NCBI GenBank assembly: GCA_903825645.1
Contig: CAIKBL010000041.1
Coordinates: 8,375-72,374, forward strand
DNA: 64,000 nucleotides
From: an uncultured Pseudomonadota bacterium
Lineage (GTDB): Bacteria > Pseudomonadota > Gammaproteobacteria > Ga0077536
Reading direction: 5' to 3'
Shown: piece after piece, positions 10,245-22,966 of the stretch
How the letters are laid out: the number at the start of each line of letters is the position of its first letter
Position numbering within the stretch: the first letter of the stretch is position 1
The notes under the pieces: model-generated
What the model was told of the DNA's origin: nothing
The model's database searches: none
What the model saw: only the letters and a program-made list of their open reading frames with translations
Translations under genes and position numbers: made by a program

Positions 10245-11724
10245 ACGCTTCCGCACGCCAGCCATTGCCACGGCCGCCGGAGGCATACTGCCCTTTGCCT
10301 TCGCGCCCTATTCATTCCACCCCGTTGCCGTGCTGTCATTAGCAATATTTTTTGCCCTTTTGAAAAAAGCTTCTCCGACCCGCAGTGCCCTGATTGGATG
10401 GTGCTTCGGGCTCGGCATGTTTGGGCACGGCGTATGGTGGGTGCAGGTCAGCCTCCATCAATTCGGGCTACCTCTGTACGCGTTTTCCGTCACCATGACC
10501 GTGTTATTTGTCGCCTTTATGGCCCTTTTTATCGCTTTAACAGGGTATGTCATTGCGCATTGCCCCGGAAATCCCGGGGCTTGTCGAGTGTTGCTGGTGA
10601 TGCCCAGCGTGTGGATTTGGGGAGAGTGGCTACGAGAATGGCTACTGAGTGGATTTCCGTGGTTACTACTTGGCTACAGCCAAATCGACTCTTGGCTGGC
10701 GGGCTATGTGCCGGTCTTGGGTGTCCATGGGGGAAGCCTCGCCGTGGCGGTACTGGCCGCTTGTCTCACATTGATTACACACAAGCAGAAGTGGCCGGTC
10801 GCGCTACTGGCTGGCGTAATTGTCCTGAGTGGATGGGCGCTCGAGCGCATGGCGTGGACAACACCGGTGGGGCCGAAGCTACCGGTGACGCTCGTGCAGG
10901 GCGCCATCCCGCAATCGGTCAAATGGGAGCGTGAATTTCGGGCCCGTACGCTCGAATTCTATGAAACGTTGTCGGCTCCTCATTGGGGCGATTCGCTCAT
11001 TATTTGGCCCGAAACCGCGGTGCCGGCATTCCCGGAGGAAGTTCCGGAAATCTTAGGACGTCTGCGTGAGATCGCCTCCAAACACCACACTGCACTATTA
11101 GTGGGACTTCCCACCGGCGATCGTAGCGGAGGACCTTACTTCAATAGCGTGGTACTCCTCAACGCCCAAGATCAGCACTATGATAAACATCATCTGGTCC
11201 CGTTCGGAGAGTACCTTCCGTTGGATCGCTTGATCCGACCAGTCCTCAATTTTCTGACGATTCCCATGTCCAGTTTTACCCCGGGAGCAGCGCAACAACT
11301 CCCTATCCGTTACGGCGATCTGCGACTTGGGGTCTCCATTTGCTATGAAGATGCCTACGCCGACGAGGTGCGAAAAGCGCTGCCGGAGGCCAATATGTTG
11401 GTGAACGTGAGTGATGATTCGTGGTTTGGGGACACCATCGCCCCACATCAGCATCTGGAGATTTCGCGCCTCCGGGCGCTCGAATCAGGCCGTTACTTAC
11501 TGAGAGCGACGAACAGCGGGATTTCAGCCATCATTGACGAGCGAGGCCGGGTAACCGGTCGCTCACCGCAGTTCCAGCCCTTTGTGCTGACCGGTAGGGC
11601 TACCGCCCGCGCGGGGACAACACCCTTCGTGCGTTGGGGACACGGTCCCGTCCTTCTACTCAGTGCGCTAGGCCTTGTCGGGGCCGGGTTGACTCAGCGT
11701 CGGAGATCTTTCGGACGGCGATAG
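10237..11724 (+). CDS. lnt: Apolipoprotein N-acyltransferase
   Basis: [32 protein letters not shown] and RATNSGIS. Start at ATG 10237. Confidence 0.95.
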   Translation: MVRRFRTPAIATAAGGILPFAFAPYSFHPVAVLSLAIFFALLKKASPTRSALIGWCFGLGMFGHGVWWVQVSLHQFGLPLYAFSVTMTVLFVAFMALFIALTGYVIAHCPGNPGACRVLLVMPSVWIWGEWLREWLLSGFPWLLLGYSQIDSWLAGYVPVLGVHGGSLAVAVLAACLTLITHKQKWPVALLAGVIVLSGWALERMAWTTPVGPKLPVTLVQGAIPQSVKWEREFRARTLEFYETLSAPHWGDSLIIWPETAVPAFPEEVPEILGRLREIASKHHTALLVGLPTGDRSGGPYFNSVVLLNAQDQHYDKHHLVPFGEYLPLDRLIRPVLNFLTIPMSSFTPGAAQQLPIRYGDLRLGVSICYEDAYADEVRKALPEANMLVNVSDDSWFGDTIAPHQHLEISRLRALESGRYLLRATNSGISAIIDERGRVTGRSPQFQPFVLTGRATARAGTTPFVRWGHGPVLLLSALGLVGAGLTQRRRSFGRR

Positions 11725-12773
11725 TTGTGAACCCGGGCAACCATTGCCGCGACATGTTCGGGATCGATGTCCGGGGTAATCCCATGCCCCAGATTGAACA
11801 CATGGCCGGACCCATCGCCGAAGGCATCCATGATCCGGTCGACTTCCTGCTCGATAACCGCAATCGGTGCACGCAGTATGGCGGGGTCCAAATTGCCCTG
11901 CAGGGCCGCCAGTTCACCGACGCGACGTTTGGCCTGCGCGAGATCGACACTCCAATCAAGTCCGATTCCGCTGCAGCCGGTGGCGGCAATGCGCTCAAGC
12001 CACTGACCACCCCCCTTGGTAAACAAAATAGTCGGGGTTCCCGCTTTCAGGCCGTTCAGGATCCGCTGCATTGGCGCCAGCGAAAAACGCTGATAGGCGT
12101 CTGTCGTCAGCACGCCACCCCAAGTATCAAACAACATTACCGCGTCGACACCCGCGGCAATTTGCGCGTTGAGGTATTGCGTGGTCGCCTCAACCAGAAG
12201 TTCCAAAAGGGTTTCCATCGCCTCGGGTGCACCATAAAGCCAACGCTTCGCGCGTATAAATTCGCGATCGCTCCCCCCTTCGATCATGTAGGTGGCAAGC
12301 GTCCAGGGGCTTCCTGCAAAACCGATCAAGGGAACGCGACCGCCAAGTTCACGTTTAATCAGCCGCACGGCATCGGTCACGTAACGAAGTTCAGTCTCCG
12401 GGTCGGGGATCCCTAGCCTGCGCAGCTCAGATGGCTCGTGGAGTGGATGCTTGAAGCGGGGCCCAACTCCCTCGTCTATCGTCAATCCAAGCCCCATTGC
12501 GTCCGGAATTGTGAGAATGTCGGAGAAAAGAATTGCCGCATCCAGCGGAAAACGTGCCAAGGGCTGGAGCGTGACTTCGCACGCGTATTCCGGCGTCTTG
12601 CAAAGACGCATGAAGTCGCCCGCACGTGCACGCGTCGCGCGGTATTCGGGCAGGTACCGACCCGCCTGACGCATCAACCAGACCGGCGTAACGTCGGTGA
12701 GCTCTCGACGTAGCGCGCGCAGGAAGCGCGTGTCTTCGAGGGCTCGCGTTGGAGCATCTTTCAAGGCAGTCAC
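11694..12773 (-). CDS. hemE: Uroporphyrinogen decarboxylase
   Basis: [31 protein letters not shown] and FNLGHGI. Confidence 0.97.
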   Translation of the reverse strand: MTALKDAPTRALEDTRFLRALRRELTDVTPVWLMRQAGRYLPEYRATRARAGDFMRLCKTPEYACEVTLQPLARFPLDAAILFSDILTIPDAMGLGLTIDEGVGPRFKHPLHEPSELRRLGIPDPETELRYVTDAVRLIKRELGGRVPLIGFAGSPWTLATYMIEGGSDREFIRAKRWLYGAPEAMETLLELLVEATTQYLNAQIAAGVDAVMLFDTWGGVLTTDAYQRFSLAPMQRILNGLKAGTPTILFTKGGGQWLERIAATGCSGIGLDWSVDLAQAKRRVGELAALQGNLDPAILRAPIAVIEQEVDRIMDAFGDGSGHVFNLGHGITPDIDPEHVAAMVARVHNYRRPKDLRR

Positions 12774-14222
12774 TCAGGACAGCGGCGCGGGGAGGTCGCT
12801 CTCGCGCATCAAGTATTCGTCGATACCGCGCGCAGCAGATCGGCCTTCGGCGATCGCCCACACGATCAATGACTGCCCTCGTTGCATATCCCCGGCAGTA
12901 AAGACGCCCGGCACTGACGTCATCCAGTGTGGATCTCGCCAAACATTCCCTCGTTCCGTCAGGCGAACGCCTAATTCATCTAGCACCGGACGTTCAGGTC
13001 CGACAAACCCCATAGCCAGCAACGCGAGATCGCAGGGGATCTGACGGATGCTTCCAGGTATTTCCTCAAACGTGACTGCACCGCGCTCACCTGCCTTCAT
13101 CGCCACATCGACAAGCTCTATCGCATTAATCCGACCATGACCGTCGTCGATGAAGCGTTTGCTCGACACGGCGAATACACGATCTCCACCTTCCTCATGT
13201 GCCGACGCCGTCCGGAAGATCCGGGGCCACTCTGGCCATGGGTTACCACTCGTGCGTATTTCCGGCGGGCGCTCCATAATCTCGAGCTGTGAAACGTGTT
13301 TTGCGCCATGTCGATGGGCGGTGCCTAGACAGTCAGCACCGGTATCCCCGCCGCCAATAATGACGACGTGTTTGCCCTTGGCCGAAATAAACTGGTCATC
13401 GGTGAGTGAATCACCTTCAAGACGCCGATTCTGTTGGGTAAGATATTCCATCGCATAGTGGACGCCCGCGAGATCCCGTCCCGGTAACGCTAGTTCTCGC
13501 GGTATCGTGGCACCACCCGCGAGCAAGATCGCATCGAATTCCTCGCGCAATTCGCGGACCGCAACGGTCACGCCCACATTCGCGTTGACCCGAAACTCAA
13601 CGCCCTCGTCGCGCAGTTGATCAAGCCGGCGCTCCAGAACGCGCTTTTCCATCTTGAATTCCGGAATGCCATAACGCAGTAAACCGCCAATTCGGTCATC
13701 TCGTTCGAACACCGTAACCTTGTGACCAACCCGTCTCAGTTGCTGGGCCGCGGCGAGTCCTGCGGGGCCCGAGCCGACAATTGCGACACGTTTGCCGGTT
13801 TCGCGACGGGGCCGATTCGGCACCACCCATCCCTCCTCAAAGCCGCGGTCGATGATGGCCAACTCCACCGCTTTGATCGTTACGGCATTGTCATTAATGC
13901 CTAGGACGCAAGCACCTTCACATGGCGCCGGGCATAGTGTCCCGGTGAATTCGGGAAAATTGTTCGTGGCATGCAACCTGTCGATCGCCTCGCGCCAACG
14001 CCCCCGATAGACGAGATCATTCCAATCCGGAATAAGGTTGCCAAGCGGACATCCTTGATGGCAAAAGGGAACGCCACAATCCATGCACCGGGCGGCTTGC
14101 TTATTGAGCACTTCGCCCGGCCACTCGGACATGACCTGTCGCCAATCGTGCAGACGCTCGGCGACCGCCCGGTAAGGTTGTTTGTCGCGTTTGAATTCGA
14201 GAAAACCCGTCGTTTTAGCCAT
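12774..14222 (-). CDS. gltD: Glutamate synthase small subunit
   Basis: [30 protein letters not shown] and [10 protein letters not shown]. Start at ATG 14222 ([10 protein letters not shown]). Confidence 0.95.
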   Translation of the reverse strand: MAKTTGFLEFKRDKQPYRAVAERLHDWRQVMSEWPGEVLNKQAARCMDCGVPFCHQGCPLGNLIPDWNDLVYRGRWREAIDRLHATNNFPEFTGTLCPAPCEGACVLGINDNAVTIKAVELAIIDRGFEEGWVVPNRPRRETGKRVAIVGSGPAGLAAAQQLRRVGHKVTVFERDDRIGGLLRYGIPEFKMEKRVLERRLDQLRDEGVEFRVNANVGVTVAVRELREEFDAILLAGGATIPRELALPGRDLAGVHYAMEYLTQQNRRLEGDSLTDDQFISAKGKHVVIIGGGDTGADCLGTAHRHGAKHVSQLEIMERPPEIRTSGNPWPEWPRIFRTASAHEEGGDRVFAVSSKRFIDDGHGRINAIELVDVAMKAGERGAVTFEEIPGSIRQIPCDLALLAMGFVGPERPVLDELGVRLTERGNVWRDPHWMTSVPGVFTAGDMQRGQSLIVWAIAEGRSAARGIDEYLMRESDLPAPLS

Positions 14223-17200
14223 GGCCCGCCTCCATGATCGCCTGTTCCTCTGGTAATCCGGCCTGGCGCGCATGCGCTATCGCTGCAAGCACCGCTTTGT
14301 AATCGGTTGGCATCACCTTGATAAACATTTTGCGACTTTCCGACCAACTTTCGAGAATTCGAGTCGCCACCGTACTCCCGGTATAACCCGCATGGCACGT
14401 GAGCAGGCGAATGATGGTTTCTTCATCGTCGGGAATCTCGATCCCTTCGAGTTCCACCATTTCGGTGTTGCACAATCGCGGGAATGTCCCGGCGGGATCG
14501 AACACATAGGCGACACCGCCCGACATGCCCGCGGCGAAATTTCGGCCGGTCTTTCCGATGACGACCACGCGCCCACCGGTCATGTATTCACAGCCGTGAT
14601 CACCAACCCCCTCAACAACCGCTTCAGCGCCGCTATTGCGCACACAAAATCGCTCACCCGCTACGCCCCGGAAATAAGCCTCTCCGGAAGTCGCGCCATA
14701 CAAGGCGACGTTGCCGATCACAATGTTTTCTTCCGGAATAAATGTCGCCTTGCGGGGTGGGTAGACAATAATCTTTCCGCCCGAAAGGCCTTTCCCGATG
14801 TAATCATTCGCGTCGCCTTCAATGGAGAGCGTGATACCGCGCGGAATAAAGGCGCCGAAACTCTGCCCGGCGGACCCATCAAAGCTGAGCTGAATCGTAT
14901 CGTCAGGTAGGCCTGCGCCCCCATGTCGTTTGGTTAACTCATAGCCGAGAATGGTCCCGACGGTACGATTGACGTTGCGTATGGGGAAAGAGTATTTGAC
15001 CGGTTTGCCCTCATCCAGCGCGGGCAAACAGGCGGGGACCAGCGTCGTGCGGTCCAAGGATCGGTCAAGTCCGTGGTCCTGCGAACGCATGCAGCGGATC
15101 GGGACATCGGGACCAACGTCCGGCTGATACAGCACATTCGAAAAATCCAGTCCCTTGGCCTTCCAATGATCGACTGCCTTTTCGACATCGAGACGATTCA
15201 CTTGACCCACCATCTCCGCCATCGTTCTGAACCCTAGTAGCGCCATGTACTCGCGTACTTCCTCGGCGATATAGCGAAAGAAGTTTTCGACAAACTCCGG
15301 CTTACCCGCAAATTTTGCACGAAGACGTGGGTCCTGCGTCGCAATTCCGACAGGGCACGTATTGAGATGACAGACACGCATCATCACGCAGCCGAGGACC
15401 ACCAATGGGGCAGTTGCAAAACCGTATTCCTCGGCACCCAACAACGCGCCAATGACAACGTCCCGGCCCGTTTTCATCTGACCGTCGACCTGAACCACGA
15501 TGCGATCTCTAAGCTTGTTCTGAACCAGAACCTGCTGTGTCTCTGCCAAACCCAGCTCCCACGGCACGCCCGCGTGCTTCAGCGACGTAACCGGCGATGC
15601 GCCGGTGCCGCCATCATAGCCAGAGATGAGCACCACATCGGAATAGGCTTTCGCGACACCCGCAGCGACCGTACCAACCCCGACCTCCGCAACGAGTTTG
15701 ACGTGAATCCGCGCCTCGGGGTTCGAATTCTTCAAGTCGTGGATCAGCTGCGCGAGATCCTCGATGGAATAAATATCGTGGTGCGGCGGCGGCGAAATGA
15801 GTCCTACTCCCGGGGTGGAGAATCTTACTTTCGCAATCCAGGGATAGACTTTGTGTCCGGGAAGCTGTCCACCCTCGCCGGGTTTCGCACCCTGCGCCAT
15901 TTTGATCTGAAGATCATCCGCATTGACGAGGTATTCACTAGTAACCCCAAAGCGGCCGGACGCGACCTGCTTGATTGCGGAACGTCGGAGATCACCGTTG
16001 GCGTCAGGTTTGAACCGAGCGGGATCTTCTCCCCCCTCTCCCGTATTAGACCGCCCACCGATCCGGTTGAGTGCGATTGCGAGTGTCTCATGCGCTTCTG
16101 CACTGATGGAACCGTAGGACATCGCACCTGTATGAAAACGCTTCATCACCGCATCAACGGACTCCACCTCCGAAAGCGGAATAGGGCCGGAACCTGGCTT
16201 GAATTTGAACAAGCCGCGCAAAGTCGCCAAATGCTCACTCTGCCGGTCAACAAGCGCCGTATAGTCCTTGAACACTCGATACTGTCCCGAGCGTGTCGAA
16301 TGCTGCAATTTAAACACCGTGTCGGGGTTAAACAGGTGATATTCGCCATCCCGCCGCCACTGGTACTCTCCTCCCCATTCGAGATCAGGTTTACCAACCG
16401 AGCGACTGGGAAACGCCGCGTGATGGCGCAGACTGATTTCCTGCTCCAACGTCTCGAGCCCGATACCCCCGATTCGTGACGCGGTATAAGTGAAATACTT
16501 ATCTACCAATGCCTTGTCGAGCCCGATAGCTTCGAAAATTTGCGCACCCCGATAGGACTGCACCGTCGAAATGCCCATCTTGGACATGACCTTAACCAAG
16601 CCTTTGTTGATCGCCTTGATATAGTTCCGCACGGCTGCATCATGGACGGACTCTGCGCCTTTGCGGCCTTTAACCATCGATTCCTGGATCGTGCCCTGCT
16701 GAATGAGATCGTAGATCGTCTCGAAGGCCAAATAGGGATTAATCGCATCCGCGCCGTAACCTAGCAGCGTACAGAAATGGTGAACTTCACGCGGATCGCC
16801 TGACTCGATCACAAGGCCGGTTCGCATCCGACGTCCATTACGGACAAGGTGATGGTGCGTTCCAGCAATGGCGAGCAACGATGGAATTGGCGCCATTTGG
16901 GCGTTCATGCCCCGATCTGAAATGATGACAAAGGAATACCCGGCATCCACCGCCCCATCGACTTCCGCGAAGAGTTTATCGAGCGCGGCCGCGAGCCCAT
17001 CACTTCCCTTTTCAATGGGATAGAGCGCAGTGATGGTCGTCGCGCTGAATTGGTGTGTCGCAACATGGCGCAGGCGCGCAATATCTTCATTGTTGAGGAT
17101 CGGCGAGGCGAGCTTCAGGCGGTGACAACTCCGGGCGGTCGGCGAAAGCAGATCACTTTCCGGCCCGATTGGGGTCGAAATCTGCGTCACCAGCTCTTCG

Positions 17201-18828
17201 CGAATACCATCCAGTGGTGGATTGGTGACTTGTGCGAATAGCTGTTTGAAATAATCAAACAGAAGCCGCGGTCGATTAGAAAGCACGGCGAGCGAAGCAT
17301 CCGTGCCCATCGAGCCCATCGGCTCCTCACCACGTTCAGCCATCGGCTGCATGATGATCCGAAGATCTTCATGGGTGTAGCCATAGGCTTGCTGCCGCTG
17401 CAATACCGTATCATGATCGACCGCATGGACGTGGCGCGGATCGGGCAAGGCCGACAGTGGAATGTGGTGTTCGCGTAGCCAGTCGGCATACGGATGTTCA
17501 TCGATGTACTGCTGCTTCAACTCCGCATCTTCGATGATCCGACCCGCTTCCGTGTCGACCAGAAAAATACGCCCAGGATGCAGACGTTCCTTAATCTCGA
17601 TATTCTCAGGTGCAAAATCCAAGACCCCGACCTCGGATGCCATGACGACCATCCCGTCTTTGGTCACGTAATACCGGGAAGGGCGCAAGCCATTTCGGTC
17701 AAGTACCGCACCGATGATTTTTCCATCGGTAAACGCGATCGACGCCGGACCATCCCAAGGTTCCATCAAGCAACCATGGTACTCATAGAAAGCTTTGCGC
17801 GCCGGATCCATCTGTTCATGGGCGCTCCAAGCTTCGGGAATCATCATCAGGATAGCGAGCGGCAAGGGACGCCCCGCCATGTGCAGAAACTCAAGTACCT
17901 GATCGAAACTGGCCGAATCCGAACTACCTTCGATAACGATCGGGAAAAGCTTTTTGAGATCCTCTCCGAATAATGAGGTCTCACATAACGCCTCACGAGC
18001 GCGCATCCAGTTGATGTTCCCGCGTAACGTGTTGATTTCTCCGTTGTGGGCGATATACCGAAACGGATGTGCCAGCGGCCACGAGGGAAAGGTATTGGTC
18101 GAGAAGCGCTGGTGGACCAAGGCGAGCCCACTCTCCACACGAGGATCGCTCAAATCCGGAAAATGGGAACCCACCTGAAGTGCGTTCAGCATGCCCTTAT
18201 AAATCAGCACACGGTGCGACAGGCTCGGGACGTAGAACAGCGTTCTCTCTAGCCTGCCAGAGCCCCAAATCGCATGCTCAACCCGTTTCCGGATCACGTA
18301 AAGCTTTCGTTCGAAAGCCTCAGCGTTTGTCAAATCTGGACTTCGCCCAATAAAAATCTGCTGAAATGCAGGCTCACAGGCCCGCGCCGTCGGCCCAATC
18401 GCGCTGCCGTCGCTAGGGACCACCCGCCAGCCAATGAGCGTTTGTCCCTCTTCTTGGATGATGCGCGCAAATTCTCCGCGGCAAAACTCAGCGGCTTCCT
18501 TCTCATGGGGAAGAAAAACCAGCCCCGCGCCATAGGCATCTATTGGCGGTAGCTCCAGTCCAAGGGCGCGGCAGGTCTCCCGCAGAAAGGTATCAGGCAT
18601 CTGGATGAGGATCCCGGCGCCGTCGCCCGTATTGACTTCGGCCCCGCTCGCGCCGCGATGTTCCAAGTTCCTGAGAATCGTCAGCGCGCGCTCAATCGTC
18701 GCGTGCGACTTTCGCCCCTTGATATCGACGACAAAGCCCACGCCGCATGCATCGTGTTCGAAACTGGGGTCGTAAAGCCCCTGTTCGGGCCGTCCCGACT
18801 GCGGAAAGCGTGTATCAGTGGTCGCCAT
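14215..18828 (-). CDS. gltB: Glutamate synthase large subunit
   Basis: [35 protein letters not shown] and [15 protein letters not shown]. Confidence 0.98.
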   Translation of the reverse strand: MATTDTRFPQSGRPEQGLYDPSFEHDACGVGFVVDIKGRKSHATIERALTILRNLEHRGASGAEVNTGDGAGILIQMPDTFLRETCRALGLELPPIDAYGAGLVFLPHEKEAAEFCRGEFARIIQEEGQTLIGWRVVPSDGSAIGPTARACEPAFQQIFIGRSPDLTNAEAFERKLYVIRKRVEHAIWGSGRLERTLFYVPSLSHRVLIYKGMLNALQVGSHFPDLSDPRVESGLALVHQRFSTNTFPSWPLAHPFRYIAHNGEINTLRGNINWMRAREALCETSLFGEDLKKLFPIVIEGSSDSASFDQVLEFLHMAGRPLPLAILMMIPEAWSAHEQMDPARKAFYEYHGCLMEPWDGPASIAFTDGKIIGAVLDRNGLRPSRYYVTKDGMVVMASEVGVLDFAPENIEIKERLHPGRIFLVDTEAGRIIEDAELKQQYIDEHPYADWLREHHIPLSALPDPRHVHAVDHDTVLQRQQAYGYTHEDLRIIMQPMAERGEEPMGSMGTDASLAVLSNRPRLLFDYFKQLFAQVTNPPLDGIREELVTQISTPIGPESDLLSPTARSCHRLKLASPILNNEDIARLRHVATHQFSATTITALYPIEKGSDGLAAALDKLFAEVDGAVDAGYSFVIISDRGMNAQMAPIPSLLAIAGTHHHLVRNGRRMRTGLVIESGDPREVHHFCTLLGYGADAINPYLAFETIYDLIQQGTIQESMVKGRKGAESVHDAAVRNYIKAINKGLVKVMSKMGISTVQSYRGAQIFEAIGLDKALVDKYFTYTASRIGGIGLETLEQEISLRHHAAFPSRSVGKPDLEWGGEYQWRRDGEYHLFNPDTVFKLQHSTRSGQYRVFKDYTALVDRQSEHLATLRGLFKFKPGSGPIPLSEVESVDAVMKRFHTGAMSYGSISAEAHETLAIALNRIGGRSNTGEGGEDPARFKPDANGDLRRSAIKQVASGRFGVTSEYLVNADDLQIKMAQGAKPGEGGQLPGHKVYPWIAKVRFSTPGVGLISPPPHHDIYSIEDLAQLIHDLKNSNPEARIHVKLVAEVGVGTVAAGVAKAYSDVVLISGYDGGTGASPVTSLKHAGVPWELGLAETQQVLVQNKLRDRIVVQVDGQMKTGRDVVIGALLGAEEYGFATAPLVVLGCVMMRVCHLNTCPVGIATQDPRLRAKFAGKPEFVENFFRYIAEEVREYMALLGFRTMAEMVGQVNRLDVEKAVDHWKAKGLDFSNVLYQPDVGPDVPIRCMRSQDHGLDRSLDRTTLVPACLPALDEGKPVKYSFPIRNVNRTVGTILGYELTKRHGGAGLPDDTIQLSFDGSAGQSFGAFIPRGITLSIEGDANDYIGKGLSGGKIIVYPPRKATFIPEENIVIGNVALYGATSGEAYFRGVAGERFCVRNSGAEAVVEGVGDHGCEYMTGGRVVVIGKTGRNFAAGMSGGVAYVFDPAGTFPRLCNTEMVELEGIEIPDDEETIIRLLTCHAGYTGSTVATRILESWSESRKMFIKVMPTDYKAVLAAIAHARQAGLPEEQAIMEAGHG

Positions 18829-18954
18829 GGTTGCTACCTGTTTTCAGGAACTCAATCTCAAGACCTCGGTCCGAGGCCCGGTCGCGATTCTTTCAGCACG
18901 GTGCTACGGGCACACACGCGGAGCGTCGAGCCCCGGCCGAACAAAAGGACGGCG

Positions 18955-18984
18955 ATTATAGCGTCGGCTCGCGCGAAGTGTCAT
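18955..18984 (-). promoter_or_regulatory. Probable sigma70 promoter of gltBD
   Basis: Minus strand ATGACA-N18-TATAAT, about 125 nt upstream of the gltB ATG. Confidence 0.55.
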
Positions 18985-19012
18985 CCGCGAAAGGCCGAGG
19001 AACTCGGTCAGC

Positions 19013-20704
19013 CTATTTAAGCGCCTGACGGAGGCTGCCGATGGAGCGTACCCATGGCTTGCTACTGCCCCGAACCGAGGCAGGCAGCCGAGACACGGCT
19101 GCCTGCGCAGCCTGACGGGTCGGATATACACCGCATACCACGAGGTATAAAGGTCGCCGGTCGAGCATTCCGGTTAAAACGACACTTTGTGTCAAAATTC
19201 CGTGTTGGGCCCGATAGCGATCGGCCGCACCACGCGTACGCACACCAAAGAGCTGTAACGTCTGGCTGCCCGCCGGCTGCTTGAGCAACCAATCGGCGGA
19301 AAGGGGCGCCTCGGAGGCTATGCCAGCCGCCGGTTTTACGATCGATTTCCGAGCGTGTCTCTGTTTCGGTAGTGGCTTGGAAATGCTGACCTTGCGATGT
19401 CCCGTCGACACATGGGCTGCAGGTTTTGGATTCGACTTCGCGGCAGGAGGAGGTGCCTGAGGAACGGGAACCGGCGCTAGTACCGGCTGCGCAATCGCGA
19501 CGGCGGGAGGGACGCCTGTCAACACGGGAGTCGGATTTGTCGCGGGCGGCCCGGATTCAGCCGGACTGGATGGCTGCGTGGCTTTATCCGCATGACGTGT
19601 CAAAGCTGTGGGCGCTTCCGCAGAGGCTGGGCTTGTCACCGCCTGCGCCAACGGTGCCGGTGCGGCGTTAGTGGTTTCCACTTGTTTTTCGACAGGAAGC
19701 GCGGGCACCTCCGAATTCGTGCGCGTGGGTACCGAACCCGGAGTAGACGGAGGCGTTGCGCCAGGCGGAACAACATCCACCACTTCAGTGGTCTGCGGTT
19801 CCGTTTTTAACAGTGGGTTACGCGTCGCCCACCACGCACCAAGCACCAGGGCGCCAACCGCGAGGATTCCGAAAGCGACATTGATCTGCGTGCGCGAAAG
19901 CCGGCGCGATGTCGCGGGCATCCGAGCTTGTGGGCGAATAATGGCGCTCGAGAGATGTTGGCGGGCAAGCGAGACCACCTTGCCGGCCAACCCTTCGGCC
20001 ACAGCCGCTATACGCGTAAAGTCAGCTGGGGAAAAAAAATCCAAGGCCTCTAGTTCAATCGCCGCCATGCGCTGCTCGATTAATCCTTGGATCTGTGCGT
20101 CGGCGAGTAAGGGAATATCGACAACGTGCACCAGCCCATGTTGCGGGTCGGAACGCTGCAGATTCGCCAGCAGTTGTGCGTGTTCGGGAGCGGTTGCGAG
20201 GAGAACGCGTAACTCCGCCAACTGGTCTTCTGTATGCGCAAGTTTCACCAGAACTTCAGCTGTCTCGGCCGAAAGTTTTTCCGCATCATCGACTAGAACG
20301 ACCACCACCTTGCCCGCGCGTTCCAACGCACTGATGCGCAGACGGACTTGATCGCGCAGCCCTTGGTGATCAAGCGCGCCCGCCGGTACATCCAGCTCGT
20401 GCGCGAGTAAGGCAATCATTGCTTCAGCACTCATCTCCGCATTTGCCTGGACCCGAACCGGGTACCAACTAGCTCGCTGCGCCGCCGCGAAATAGCCCAG
20501 CAAGGTCGTTTTACCGCTTTCCGGAGCGCCACTTAAAACCACAATCTGTCGGCCAAACTCCATCAGGTGCTCGATGAGATCGAGCCTCTGCTGCAAGGTA
20601 GGGCTTAGGTACAGGCTACGGGGGTTCGTATCCTGACTAAACGCACGTAATTCAGGCGTCTCGGACGCACTGATCGGTGCTGGATCGGACAAGCCTTCGT
20701 TCAC
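19013..20704 (-). CDS. DamX-like protein: AAA ATPase-like domain, one TM helix, Pro/Ala-rich linker, SPOR domain
   Basis: GAPESGKTT, VLVDDAE, a TM segment, and C-terminal TLQLFG...GVYPTRQAA...KPWVRS. Lies in the aroB-gltB interval. Confidence 0.8.
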   Translation of the reverse strand: MNEGLSDPAPISASETPELRAFSQDTNPRSLYLSPTLQQRLDLIEHLMEFGRQIVVLSGAPESGKTTLLGYFAAAQRASWYPVRVQANAEMSAEAMIALLAHELDVPAGALDHQGLRDQVRLRISALERAGKVVVVLVDDAEKLSAETAEVLVKLAHTEDQLAELRVLLATAPEHAQLLANLQRSDPQHGLVHVVDIPLLADAQIQGLIEQRMAAIELEALDFFSPADFTRIAAVAEGLAGKVVSLARQHLSSAIIRPQARMPATSRRLSRTQINVAFGILAVGALVLGAWWATRNPLLKTEPQTTEVVDVVPPGATPPSTPGSVPTRTNSEVPALPVEKQVETTNAAPAPLAQAVTSPASAEAPTALTRHADKATQPSSPAESGPPATNPTPVLTGVPPAVAIAQPVLAPVPVPQAPPPAAKSNPKPAAHVSTGHRKVSISKPLPKQRHARKSIVKPAAGIASEAPLSADWLLKQPAGSQTLQLFGVRTRGAADRYRAQHGILTQSVVLTGMLDRRPLYLVVCGVYPTRQAAQAAVSRLPASVRGSSKPWVRSIGSLRQALK

Positions 20705-21900
20705 GATATTTCCTCTGCTGCACGATTCAATCGCGCGGAGCGCCTCAATCGCTGGTGTTCCGAGATCGCGAAGCGATCGGTCATACCCGCAATGTAATCA
20801 CAGACTGCACGTGCGTGAGTCAACTCTCCTGACAAATCCGGTGGCTCTGGAAGCTCATCAGCCGAGTTCATGTAGACCTCAAAAAGTTCGCGGATGATCG
20901 TCTGCGACTGGAAGGCCATCTCGACGACTCGCGGATGTTCGTACAGATGGTGCCGAAGAAGTCGCTTCAACTCCAAGTGAATCTGGAGCGTCGTGGGGCT
21001 AAAATCAAGCATGGGCGATGTCTGCTCCCGCACCATAGCCAACGATTCGACACCGCGTTCCTGCAGATGCGTGGCAGTGGTGGTCAACAGATCCGAGACA
21101 AAAAAATTCAACATCTGCCGGATCACCGTATAACGTAGGCGTTTAGCATCAAGATGCGGCCATCGAACGATAATGGCCTGCTCCGTCTCCCGAAATAACG
21201 AGTGGGTGCGCAGTTGCTCCACATCGAGCAGACCTGCGCGCAAACCGTCATCCATATCGTGGTGATTGTATGCAATTTCGTCGGCTACGTTTGCAATCTG
21301 CGCCTCCAGGGACGGCTGCCCCCCCTCGATGAAGCGGCGCCCGACCTCTCCTAGCAACTTGGCTTGGGGTACCGAGCAATGCTTAAGGATCCCTTCGCGT
21401 GTTTCAAAAAGCAGATTCAGTCCGCGGAATTCGGGATATCGCTCTTCGAGCAATTCGACCACTCGCAAGGATTGCAGATTGTGCTCGAAGCCGCCGAACT
21501 CGCGCATACAGGCATTCAGCACGCTTTGTCCCGCATGCCCAAAAGGGGTATGTCCGAGATCATGCGCAAGGGCGATAGCCTCGGTGAGATCTTCATTGAC
21601 GCCCAACGCCCGCGCAATCGTGCGGGCGATTTGGGCGACTTCAAGGGAGTGTGTCAGACGGGTCCGGAACATATCCCCTTCATGATTCACGAAGACCTGT
21701 GTTTTGTACTCAAGTCGCCGGAATGCAGCACTATGGATGACCCGATCTCGGTCGCGCTGGAATTCGTCTCGCCATCGGGGCGTAGGTTCCGCGTGCTTTC
21801 GTCCGCGGCTATTTTCCCAACCCACCGCATAGGGAGACTGCGAGGGTGGCGTCGCCGTCGCGCGCACGCCCGAATCGACTGGCACGTTATCGACCGTCAT
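20701..21900 (-). CDS. dgt: dGTP triphosphohydrolase (HD family)
   Basis: FQRDRDRVIHS, FRRLEYKTQVF, RTRLTHSLEV, AHDLGHTPFGH and DYIAGMTDRFA. Confidence 0.93.
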   Translation of the reverse strand: MTVDNVPVDSGVRATATPPSQSPYAVGWENSRGRKHAEPTPRWRDEFQRDRDRVIHSAAFRRLEYKTQVFVNHEGDMFRTRLTHSLEVAQIARTIARALGVNEDLTEAIALAHDLGHTPFGHAGQSVLNACMREFGGFEHNLQSLRVVELLEERYPEFRGLNLLFETREGILKHCSVPQAKLLGEVGRRFIEGGQPSLEAQIANVADEIAYNHHDMDDGLRAGLLDVEQLRTHSLFRETEQAIIVRWPHLDAKRLRYTVIRQMLNFFVSDLLTTTATHLQERGVESLAMVREQTSPMLDFSPTTLQIHLELKRLLRHHLYEHPRVVEMAFQSQTIIRELFEVYMNSADELPEPPDLSGELTHARAVCDYIAGMTDRFAISEHQRLRRSARLNRAAEEIS

Positions 21901-22966
21901 CTGCCAACGTGGCGTGCAAGACAGATTCATCATATGTATCGGTAAGCACCGCCTCGCCCAGTCCTTTTAGCAGGACTAGGCGAATCTTTCCGTTTTTATT
22001 TTTTTTGTCGACCCGCATCGCCGAAAGGAGCTCTGCAATCCCCAAGTGGGGGGGACGTACTGTGGGTAGGCCTGCCCGCTTAATGAGATGGATGACTCGT
22101 GCGCAATCGTCAACCGGGAGCATGCCAAGGTCACGGGACATTCGGGCTGCCATACACAACCCTACGCCCACTGCCTCTCCGTGAAGCCACTCGCCGTAAC
22201 CCATGGCGTGTTCGATGGCATGTCCGAACGTATGTCCGAGATTCAGTAACGCCCGGACGCCGGATTCACGTTCATCCTGGCCCACGACACGCGCTTTGTT
22301 TCGACAAGAGCGCTCCACCGCATAAATCAGCGCTTCCGGCGTGCGCGCCATCAAGTCATCGAGGTTGAGCTCGAGCCACCGGAAAAAATCCAGATCGTCA
22401 ATGAGGCCGTATTTGATAATCTCGGCAGTTCCCGCACGAAACTCACGCACCGGCAAACTAGCCAGTGTTTCGAGATCAGCCAACACCGCCCGTGGTTGGT
22501 GAAAAGCGCCAATCATATTTTTTCCAAGCGGATGATTAACGGCTGTTTTGCCCCCTACAGACGAATCAACCAACGCCAGTAAAGTCGTTGGAATCTGCAC
22601 AAAATCCACGCCGCGCTGATAGCAAGCGGCCGCAAATCCTGCCAAATCACCGATCACCCCACCACCGAGCGCAAACACCACACATCCTCGCTCGTAGCGT
22701 AGCTCGAGCAACCGCGTCATGATGAGTTCCAAGCTGCCAAGGGTTTTGTAGGCCTCGCCGTCCGGAAGCGCTAGCACGTTGACGCTCATTTCCGTCAGGT
22801 GGTTGATCAGCCGTTGGCAAAACAACGGGCCTACGGTTTGGTTGGTCACGACCAACACCTGCTTCCCCGGAACGAGCTGTCGGACCAAGGCAGAATCGGA
22901 TAGCAGTCCATGTCCGATATAAATCGGGTAACTCCGACTACCCAGCGCGACGGTCACTTCAATCAT
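21887..22966 (-). CDS. aroB: 3-dehydroquinate synthase
   Basis: LGGGVIGDLAGF, PTTLLALVDSSVGGKT and NLGHTFGHAIE. Confidence 0.97.
   Translation of the reverse strand: MIEVTVALGSRSYPIYIGHGLLSDSALVRQLVPGKQVLVVTNQTVGPLFCQRLINHLTEMSVNVLALPDGEAYKTLGSLELIMTRLLELRYERGCVVFALGGGVIGDLAGFAAACYQRGVDFVQIPTTLLALVDSSVGGKTAVNHPLGKNMIGAFHQPRAVLADLETLASLPVREFRAGTAEIIKYGLIDDLDFFRWLELNLDDLMARTPEALIYAVERSCRNKARVVGQDERESGVRALLNLGHTFGHAIEHAMGYGEWLHGEAVGVGLCMAARMSRDLGMLPVDDCARVIHLIKRAGLPTVRPPHLGIAELLSAMRVDKKNKNGKIRLVLLKGLGEAVLTDTYDESVLHATLADDGR

Noticed and set aside
11694-11724. 31-nt convergent overlap of lnt and hemE, and the 4-nt trmB/yrfG overlap
   Set aside because: Short tail-to-tail overlaps are common and both proteins look complete.
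15367-16479. 370-aa plus-strand ORF, and similar long ORFs such as 11634-12416, 14272-14910, 19608-20351, 24949-25611 and 62387-63073
   Set aside because: Antisense shadows of well-supported genes (gltB, hemE, damX, pilQ, pepA) in GC-rich DNA, with no recognisable motifs.
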